Source: Dehalococcoidia bacterium
Lineage (GTDB): Bacteria; Chloroflexota; Dehalococcoidia; Bin125
DNA: 64,000 nt
Direction: 5' to 3'
NCBI GenBank assembly: GCA_963663895.2
Contig: CAXXRD010000001.1
Span: 512,001 to 576,000, forward strand
Below, one piece after another: positions 10,036 to 17,282 of this stretch (within the stretch, counting starts at the first letter, position 1; the number at the start of each line of letters is the position of its first letter). The position numbers and the translations under genes were made by a program. The notes under the pieces were generated by a model, which was given only the letters and a program-made list of their open reading frames with translations, was not told the origin of the DNA and searched no databases.

Positions 10036-10977
10036 CTAGGCGATCAGGATCACGCCCACAACGGCGAGCACCGTGCCCACCGCCACCCAGATGGTGATCC
10101 GCTCCCGCAGGAAGAACGCGCCAATGGGCAACGCCATGAGCGGCGCCAAGGAGTACAGAATGACGGTCCGGCCCGTGCCGATCTCCTCCAGTGCGACGAT
10201 GAAGAGCAGGCCCGCAACGCCATTCGCCAGCACGCCCGACACCAGCAGGATCGTCAGAGAGCGTCTGCCGATGGCGAGCCGACGCAGGTTGGACTCCGGC
10301 TGCATCATGGCCGCCACCAGCAGCACGGCCGCCGCGACCGGCAGCCGCGCGGTGCCGACCGCGGACTCGTCGAATTGATCGCCCGCGGCTTGGAGCCACA
10401 CCGCGGCGGCGCCCCAGGCAAGGCCGTTGAGCGCCGCCAGCACGATGCCGAGCTGCAGCGTAGGCCGGACTCGACCGATCAAGGGGAGGCGCACATCGGC
10501 AGCGCCGTAGGGCAAGATGTGCGGGCTGCCTTCGACGCCGGCGGCCCGCGCCCGGCCGTGCAGCACGACGAGGTACACCCCTACGAGAACGAGAATGGAT
10601 CCCACCGCGACATCCCAGTGGACGGCCTCACCGAGAAAAACCGCGGCTAAGAGGAAGGCAAAAAGGTTGTAGAGCACCACCACCGTGGTAAAGGCGCGCG
10701 TCATGCCGATCGTCGCGACGGCGGCAGCGTAGAGACTCTCCCCAATCGCCAGCGCCAGCAGACCGATCGCGGCCAATTCCGCGAACTCGGTGAGGCTCAT
10801 GCGGCCGAAATCGCCGGCCGCACCGACCGCGAAGATCACGACGAGAAAGAAGGCCAGCGCCGAGATGAGCCGCAGGGTGCTGGCGGACAGCGTATCGACG
10901 CGTTCCGCTTGCGAGGCGAGCAGCGCGCTGGAGATCGCCCAGCTCGCCGCTCCAGCCAGCGCGACCGCTACGCCCAC
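10036..10977 (-). CDS. DMT/EamA family transporter
   Basis: Two hydrophobic EamA repeats (FLGE/FLRE motifs). Confidence 0.85.
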   Translation of the reverse strand: MGVAVALAGAASWAISSALLASQAERVDTLSASTLRLISALAFFLVVIFAVGAAGDFGRMSLTEFAELAAIGLLALAIGESLYAAAVATIGMTRAFTTVVVLYNLFAFLLAAVFLGEAVHWDVAVGSILVLVGVYLVVLHGRARAAGVEGSPHILPYGAADVRLPLIGRVRPTLQLGIVLAALNGLAWGAAAVWLQAAGDQFDESAVGTARLPVAAAVLLVAAMMQPESNLRRLAIGRRSLTILLVSGVLANGVAGLLFIVALEEIGTGRTVILYSLAPLMALPIGAFFLRERITIWVAVGTVLAVVGVILIA

Positions 10978-11147
10978 ACCCGCTCCGTCCTCCGCGCCGC
11001 GGCCGGCTGTTCGTCACGCGTGTGACCAGCGTCGCGCCACCAGTGTAAGGGCGGGTGACCGTACGCGCGCTGCGTGATGATCGCTTGCAGCGTCGATCGG
11101 CGACTCCTAGCATTCCCGCGCCCCCCATACCTGCGAAGGAGTGCGGC

Positions 11148-12062
11148 ATGGAGACGATCCGGTTCCCCAGCGGCGGCGTGACCTGTGCCGGCGACCTCTA
11201 TCTGCCCGAGGGCGCCTCCGCCGATTCCCCCAGGCCGGGAATCGTCCTGGGCCACGGTTTCACCATCACCAAGCAGTCGCTGACCGAAGAAGCAACGTTT
11301 CTCAGCAGCAACGGCTACGTCTGTCTCGCCATCGACTACCGCACCTTTGGTGAAAGCGACGGCGAGCCGCGCGGGCAGTTATTCCCGCTCAACGAGGCCG
11401 AGGACATCCGTAACGCGGTGAGCTACCTGCAGCACCGGCCGGAGGTCGATGCGGAGAAGATCGGCTTCTGGGGCGCTAGCTTCGGCGGGGCGCTGGCGAT
11501 CTACACAGCCGGCGTCGACCGGCGCATCAAGGCGTCCGTCGCGGTCGTGCCGGTGATTAACGGCCGCCGCTGGCTGCAAGCGCTGAAGACCAGCGCGGAG
11601 TGGGAGGAGTTGCTCGATCGTCTGGAGGCCGATCGCGACCGCCGCTACCAAACGGGCGAGAGCGAGCGCATCCCATCCACCGGCCGCAGCCGCCGCGCGG
11701 CGCTCACGCTGACCGATCGCACGGTCCAAGCCTTCCAGTCGGCCGTCGAGAAGCTCGGCAAGATGCCCGTGGTGAACGACCTGGAGGTCACGGTCGAATC
11801 CCTGGAGAAGATCATCGAGTTCAGCCCCGACGACGTGATCCAGCATATCGGCCCCCGGGCGCTCATGATCATCACGACCTCCGGCTGGGACGTGGTCCAC
11901 CTCCTCGAACACATCCAAGACGCCTACGCGAAGGCGAACGAGCCCAAGAAACTCGTCTTGCTGCCCTATACGGAGCTAGACTTCTATATGGAGCCGGGCC
12001 GCAGCACGGGGCTGCGCCACGCGCTGGAGTGGTACAACCAGCACATCCCCATCGGCGGCTAG
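11148..12062 (+). CDS. Alpha/beta hydrolase (peptidase S15/S9-like)
   Basis: LGHGF, DYRTFGESDGEPR, GASFGG nucleophile elbow. Confidence 0.85.
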   Translation: METIRFPSGGVTCAGDLYLPEGASADSPRPGIVLGHGFTITKQSLTEEATFLSSNGYVCLAIDYRTFGESDGEPRGQLFPLNEAEDIRNAVSYLQHRPEVDAEKIGFWGASFGGALAIYTAGVDRRIKASVAVVPVINGRRWLQALKTSAEWEELLDRLEADRDRRYQTGESERIPSTGRSRRAALTLTDRTVQAFQSAVEKLGKMPVVNDLEVTVESLEKIIEFSPDDVIQHIGPRALMIITTSGWDVVHLLEHIQDAYAKANEPKKLVLLPYTELDFYMEPGRSTGLRHALEWYNQHIPIGG

Positions 12063-12113
12063 CAGCGCGCTCCCACCCGTCTCCCCGTCCGATCGTCACC
12101 GGAAGGATGCACC

Positions 12114-12938
12114 ATGCCCGGACAGAGCGAGCCCATTCTCTACGAACAGGAAGGCGCCATCGTCACGGTCACGCTCAACCGCCCCGAGGTCATGAACAAC
12201 TTCGGCGGCGGCTTGATCGAGGGACTCGCGGCCGCCGCCGACCGCTTCGACGCCGACCCCTCGGCGCACGTCATGATCCTGACGGGCAACGGCCGCGCCT
12301 TCTGCGCCGGCGCGGACCTGAAGGCCGCCGAGCAGCGTATCCGCGAAGGGGGATCGGTCTCGGACCCCTCGTCGGCAGGGGCGCGACAGCGCGAGGCATT
12401 CTTTGAAAACCCCAAATTCGTCCGGCGGACGAATCTCTTCAAGCCGATGATCGGCGCCATCAACGGCTACTGCGTAGCGGGGGGGCTCGAAGTGGCGCTG
12501 GCCTGCCACTTCCTGATCGGCGCCGAGAGCTCCAAGTACGGGATCCTCACGCGGCGCTGGGGCGGCCCCACGGTCGACGGCGGGACCTACCGTCTTCCAC
12601 TCTGGGTGGGCCTCGGCAACGCGCTTTACCTGCTGCAAACCGGGAAGCAGATCGACGCCCAGGAGGCGTTCCGCATCGGCTTGATCCAAGAGGTGGTCCC
12701 CGACGACGAGCTTCTGCCGCGCGCGCGTGCGATCGCCGAGAACCTGGCCACCGTGCCGCAAGGGGCATTGGTGGGAGATACCGAGGCGACGCTGCGGGGG
12801 CTCGGCCGTCGATACGACGACGGGCTCGCGCTGGAGGCCGTCATCGCCAGCACCGTGCACATGTCGGGCGAAGCCGTGGGGCGCTTTGTACGCAAGGACT
12901 ACGACCCAGAAACGGGCCAGTCGAAAGCATCCGGCTAA
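12114..12938 (+). CDS. Enoyl-CoA hydratase/isomerase family protein
   Basis: LNRPE, AFCAGADL, AINGYCVAGGLE. Confidence 0.9.
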   Translation: MPGQSEPILYEQEGAIVTVTLNRPEVMNNFGGGLIEGLAAAADRFDADPSAHVMILTGNGRAFCAGADLKAAEQRIREGGSVSDPSSAGARQREAFFENPKFVRRTNLFKPMIGAINGYCVAGGLEVALACHFLIGAESSKYGILTRRWGGPTVDGGTYRLPLWVGLGNALYLLQTGKQIDAQEAFRIGLIQEVVPDDELLPRARAIAENLATVPQGALVGDTEATLRGLGRRYDDGLALEAVIASTVHMSGEAVGRFVRKDYDPETGQSKASG

Positions 12939-12971
12939 CAGCTGGCCTCACCGAAGAAACCGAGGCGAGAG

Positions 12972-13964
12972 CTAGCCTTCCGCCGCCGCCGCGATCACGG
13001 CGGCGATGACGGCTTCGGCCGGGAAGGCCGACACCAGGGTGCCGTTCACGAAGATCGTGGGGGTGCCCCGAACGCCGTAGGCCGCCGCGATCTCCCCATC
13101 TTCCGTGATCCGTGGGAGATGCATCTCGCTCTGCAGACAGCCGCTGAACGCGCTCGTGTCCAGTCCGAGATCGGCCGCGATCTGCAGAAGGTGCTCGTCC
13201 ACCGGCACGCTGCCGCGGCGCCGTTCAAAGATCTGGTCGTGGAAGGGCCAGAACGCTCCCTGATCCGCCGCGCACTCCGTCGCCAGAGCGGCCTGCACAC
13301 TGTTCTCGCCGAAACGGATCTGATGCCGGTAGGTGAGCTTGGCGATCCCGGTTCGGACAAGCTGCTCAAAGAGGACCGGCTCAACCTGAGCCGCCCAATT
13401 CCTGCAGGCTCCTCACTGGAAGTCGCTGAAGTCGATGATCTCGACCGTGGCCTCCTCGAAACCAACCGTCTTGCGGTCGACGGGCACGCCATCGTGGAGA
13501 GCAGCCACTCGTGGCTCCACGACGGGCTCCTCAGGCGGCGCTGGCGTTTTGATCGCTTCCGCTTCCGCGATCCCGGCCTCTTCCGAAGGGGGCGCGTCGG
13601 CTTGAGGCTCCGAAGCACCCACCTCGGGGGCATCCGGCGCGCCGTACGCTGGGGTCTCCGCCACGGCCGGCGCGCTGGGCTCCGCCGTCGCCACGGCCGG
13701 CGCACCCGCCTCTTCATCCGCCGCGGCAGGGACACTCGACTCCTCAGCCGCCACGGCCGGCGCGTCCGGCTCCTCGGCCGCCACGGCCGGCGCACCCGCC
13801 TCCTCGGTCGCCGCAGGCGGCGCGCTCGGCTCCCCATCCGTCACGGCCAGCGCGCCCGACTTCTCCGCACCGCCGCCGCAGGCCGTCACGACGAGGACCG
13901 CGAGAGCAATGCAAGATCCGAGTAGGATCGTCTTGGGCGCCGCGAACAGTCGATCGCGCATCAC
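12972..13964 (-). CDS. DsbA-family thioredoxin-fold lipoprotein, probable selenoprotein (in-frame TGA 13413-13415, UxxC)
   Basis: Two in-frame ORFs join as FSDFQ-TGA-GAC-RNW...GVRGTPT; lipobox VTAC; hairpin follows the TGA. Confidence 0.85.
13377..13393 (-). promoter_or_regulatory. Candidate bacterial SECIS hairpin CGGCTCA-GGT-TGAGCCG
   Basis: 7-bp stem with G-first loop; loop starts 26 nt after the UGA. Confidence 0.65.
13660..13850 (-). repeat. Degenerate 30-bp coding repeats (EEAGAPAVAA-like linker)
   Basis: Recurring ccacggccggcgc with 30-bp periodicity. Confidence 0.75.
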
Positions 13965-14030
13965 CGATCAACTATATCCCATCTATCCCACGCTCAACCC
14001 CGCGATTGCGTCCAACGCCCGCCCTAATAT

Positions 14031-14180
14031 GGGACCGTTGCGTGTTGAAGATGAGCAAGGACCGCGACCAGATTGGGCAAGCCACGAGCCGGCGTTGCGC
14101 ACCCGGGGAGTACCACCAGGCAATGCGCTGGAGACGCTGAGAGGGGGACCTTTGGCAGCGAGGCAGGCGACGGCGCTCCC
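14031..14180 (+). ncRNA. Candidate structured RNA (rod-like, 6S-like or leader)
   Basis: GGGACCGTTGC pairs with GCGACGG-CGC-TCCC; inner AAGG/CCTT and GCGCA/TGCGC stems; no convincing ORF. Confidence 0.3.
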
Positions 14181-14258
14181 AAACCAGGAAGTCGGAGAGG
14201 CTTCCCTGACATGCGCATCCTTCCCCAGCGATCCGCTCAACGCCGCGGCAGGTGAGCG

Positions 14259-15494
14259 ATGAGCGGCGTGCTGCGCGGCCTCCGCGTGATCGAGGGCTCC
14301 GCCTTCGTCGCCGCGCCCAGCGCCGGCATGACGCTGGCGCAGCTCGGCGCCGAGGTGATCCGCTTCGATCCCGTCGGCGGCGGGCTGGATTATCGACGCT
14401 GGCCGCTCGGCGAGGGCGGCGCAAGTCTGTATTGGGCGGGTCTCAACAAAGGCAAGCGCTCCATCGCGATCGATTTGCGCCGCCCCGCCGGCCGGGAGCT
14501 CGCCGCCGCCCTCATCACGGCGCCCGGCGCCGGCGCCGGTCTCTTCCTCACCAACTTCCCCGCCAGCGGGTGGCTCGACTATGAGGCGCTGCGTGCAGGC
14601 AGGCCGGACCTGATCATGGTCAACATCCAGGGCAACCCGGACGGATCGTCGGAGGTCGACTACACGGTCAACCCGGCCACGGGCTTGCCGGCGCTCACGG
14701 GGCCAGCCGACGATCCAGCCCCGGTCAACCACGTGCTGCCCGCCTGGGATCTCCTGACCGGACAGGCGGCCGTGGTGGCCCTGCTCGCCGCCGAGCGACA
14801 GCGGCGGCAGACCGGCGAGGGGCAATTGGTGCAGATCGCCCTCTCCGATATCGCGCTGGGCGCGATGGGCGCCCTCGGGTTCCTGGCCGAGCACGAAGCC
14901 TCGGCCGAGATGCGACCCCGCTACGGCAACGACCTCTACGGCGCCTTCGGCCGCGACTTCGCGACCAAAGACGGCCGGCGAGTGATGATCGTCGCGATCA
15001 CGCCACGGCAGTGGGATGCGCTGGTGCGGGTCACGGGCATTGAGGAGAGCGCCGCCGCGATCGAGCGCGACCGGAGCCTCGATCTCAGCGACGCCGGTGA
15101 TCGCTTTCGCGCGACGGACGCCATCGCCGCCCTGCTCGCGCCCTGGTGCGCCGCCCGCACGCTGCCGGAGGTGCGCCGCGCGTTCAAGGAAGGAGGCGTG
15201 GCCTGGGGGCCCTATCAGACGATCCCCCAACTCCTGGCCGACGATCCCCGCTGTTCCACGGAAAACCCGCTGTTCGAGCTGGTCGACCAGCCCGGCATCG
15301 GGCCGACGCTCACGCCCGGGTCCCCCCTGGCGTGGAGCGGCATCCCTCGCGCCGCGCCCGCGCCCGCGCCCACGCTCGGCGCGGATACCGACGCGATCCT
15401 GCGCGAGGTGCTGCAACTGAGCGACGCGGCAGTGCGCCGTCTGCACGACGACGGCGTGGTCGCCGGCAGCGACCCGGTCACGGCTCATGGCTGA
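14259..15494 (+). CDS. mct: Mesaconyl-CoA C1-C4 CoA transferase (family III CoA transferase)
   Basis: GLRVIEGSAFVAAP, DPVGGGLDYRRWP, WAGLNKGKRS, GSSEVDYTVN resemble Chloroflexus Mct as recalled. Confidence 0.8.
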   Translation: MSGVLRGLRVIEGSAFVAAPSAGMTLAQLGAEVIRFDPVGGGLDYRRWPLGEGGASLYWAGLNKGKRSIAIDLRRPAGRELAAALITAPGAGAGLFLTNFPASGWLDYEALRAGRPDLIMVNIQGNPDGSSEVDYTVNPATGLPALTGPADDPAPVNHVLPAWDLLTGQAAVVALLAAERQRRQTGEGQLVQIALSDIALGAMGALGFLAEHEASAEMRPRYGNDLYGAFGRDFATKDGRRVMIVAITPRQWDALVRVTGIEESAAAIERDRSLDLSDAGDRFRATDAIAALLAPWCAARTLPEVRRAFKEGGVAWGPYQTIPQLLADDPRCSTENPLFELVDQPGIGPTLTPGSPLAWSGIPRAAPAPAPTLGADTDAILREVLQLSDAAVRRLHDDGVVAGSDPVTAHG

Positions 15495-16359
15495 CGACGA
15501 CCGTCAATCGAGCGGCCCCGCCGACTACCGCGATTGGATCGGCCGGGAATGCCTGGAGCACGATACCGTCGCGCTGCAGCCGGTCCGCCGTCTCCTCGCC
15601 ACGCTCGACGATACGGACACGCAGCTCAACCTCGGCGATCCGCTGCCGCCGCTGTGGCACTGGCTGTTCTTTCTTCCCGAGGCGCCGCAGCGGGAGCTGG
15701 GCGCGGACGGTCATCCGCCCCGGGGCGGCTTCCTGCCGTCCGTCCCGCTGCCGCGGCGGATGTGGGCGGGCGGGCGTCTCCGCTTCCACCGCGCCGTGCC
15801 CATCGGGACGCCCCTGCGCCGGCTGGGCCGCGTGGCGGAGATCGCCGAGAAGACGGGCCGGACGGGGCCCCTCGTCTTCGCGACGGTCGACTACCGGCTT
15901 CTCGACGGCGACGCCCTGTGCATCGAGGAGCGCCAAGAGATCGTCTATCGCGACTTCGGCCCGCCGCTGGCGCCGCCGGAGCCTGCGCCCGCGCCGCCGG
16001 AAGCGCCGGCGGGCGCCTGGAGCCGCGAGGTGACGCCCGACCCGCGCCTGCTCTTCCGCTACTCGGCGCTGACCTTCAACGCCCACCGCATCCACTACGA
16101 CCGCTCCTACACCGTGGAGCGGGAGGGCTACCCCGCTCTCGTCGTCCACGGCCCCCTGATCGCCACCTTGCTCTTGGATCTGGTGCGCCGCAACAGCGAC
16201 CGCGCCGTGGCGCAGTTCGACTACCGGGCCAAGGCGCCGATCTTCGACACGCATCCATTCCGGCTGCTGGGCGTTCCCCACGCAGGAGAGCGCGTCGCAT
16301 TGACCGCGATCCGCTGCGACGGAGCGGTCGCGATGTCGGCGGAGGCGCTCCTTCGCTGA
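15487..16359 (+). CDS. meh: Mesaconyl-C4-CoA hydratase (double hot-dog, HTD2-like)
   Basis: LPPLWHW, DGHPPRGGFLP, PRRMWAGG, FNAHRIHYD, VVHGPL; coupled to mct. Confidence 0.78.
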   Translation: MADDDRQSSGPADYRDWIGRECLEHDTVALQPVRRLLATLDDTDTQLNLGDPLPPLWHWLFFLPEAPQRELGADGHPPRGGFLPSVPLPRRMWAGGRLRFHRAVPIGTPLRRLGRVAEIAEKTGRTGPLVFATVDYRLLDGDALCIEERQEIVYRDFGPPLAPPEPAPAPPEAPAGAWSREVTPDPRLLFRYSALTFNAHRIHYDRSYTVEREGYPALVVHGPLIATLLLDLVRRNSDRAVAQFDYRAKAPIFDTHPFRLLGVPHAGERVALTAIRCDGAVAMSAEALLR

Positions 16360-16499
16360 CGGGCGCGCGCAGGGCCCTGCGGCCTCCAGGGTCCTGCCCC
16401 GCCCCCAGATCCAGACGGCGTTCACCCAGGCAGGCGACCACAGGGCGCGGCTCGGCTAGCCTAGAAGAGATAGATCTCGGCCCGGAGAGAGGATGCGCT

Positions 16500-17159
16500 G
16501 TGCCGCCGGCCGGCATCCCAGAGATCGTCATCGATCGACTGCCGCTGTACGTGCGGGCATTGGCGCTGCTTGCGACCAACGGGCAGGAGATCATCAGCTC
16601 CAAGGAGCTGGGCGAAGAGCTGGGCGTGACGCCGGCCCAAATCCGCAAGGACCTCTCCTACTTCGGCCGTTTCGGCAAGCAGGGCAGCGGCTACAACGTC
16701 GCCCAGCTGCTCGACGAGCTGCGGGAGGTGTTGGGGCTCACGCAGCGCTGGTCCATGGCGCTCCTGGGCGTGGGGCGCCTGGGACGGGCCATCCTGAGCT
16801 ACGGCGGCTTCGGCTCCCAGCAGCTCCACGTCGCCAAGGCCTTCGACTCCGACCCGGCGGTCATCGGGACGGAGATCGGCGGCGTGGTGGTGGAGGACAT
16901 CAAGGATGTCGCGGCCAGCCTGGAGGCCCTGCCCGTCGAGATCGCCATCGTGGCCGTGCCGCCGCACGCGGCCCAGCCGGTGATCGACGCACTCGTCGCC
17001 GCCGGCGTGCGCGCCATCCTCAACTACGCGCCGATCGCCGTGCGCGTGCCCCCCGGCGTCCGCTGCCGCAACGTGGACCCCGTCGTCTACCTGCACGCCA
17101 TGACGTACCACTTGAAGAGCGACGCCCGCGGCGGCTCCGACGCAGCCCCGGTTTCTTAG
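16500..17159 (+). CDS. rex: Redox-sensing transcriptional repressor Rex
   Basis: RLPLYVRAL, QIRKDLSYFGRFGKQGSGY, GVGRLG, ILNYAP. Confidence 0.95.
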   Translation: MPPAGIPEIVIDRLPLYVRALALLATNGQEIISSKELGEELGVTPAQIRKDLSYFGRFGKQGSGYNVAQLLDELREVLGLTQRWSMALLGVGRLGRAILSYGGFGSQQLHVAKAFDSDPAVIGTEIGGVVVEDIKDVAASLEALPVEIAIVAVPPHAAQPVIDALVAAGVRAILNYAPIAVRVPPGVRCRNVDPVVYLHAMTYHLKSDARGGSDAAPVS

Positions 17160-17174
17160 GAAGTTTCTTAGGAA
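17151..17174. repeat. Tandem 12-bp repeat GTTTCTTAGGAA x2
   Basis: Exact AT-rich duplication at the rex stop/island edge. Confidence 0.8.
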
Positions 17175-17282
17175 AAAGCCGGGCAAGCTTCCGGACCCTA
17201 GCCGCAGGACGGGTCCAGCGTCGGGTAACTCAACCAGCAGCGCGGTTTACATGCGGACGAACAAGGGCTTCCAAGGCACGCG

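Noticed and set aside
13413-13415. dsbA as a nonsense pseudogene
   Set aside because: TGA is exactly at the catalytic Cys position with a SECIS-like hairpin and an intact downstream frame
15534-16499. 541-aa ORF as a Rex fusion
   Set aside because: N-terminal part is an alternate frame of meh; Rex starts at about 16500
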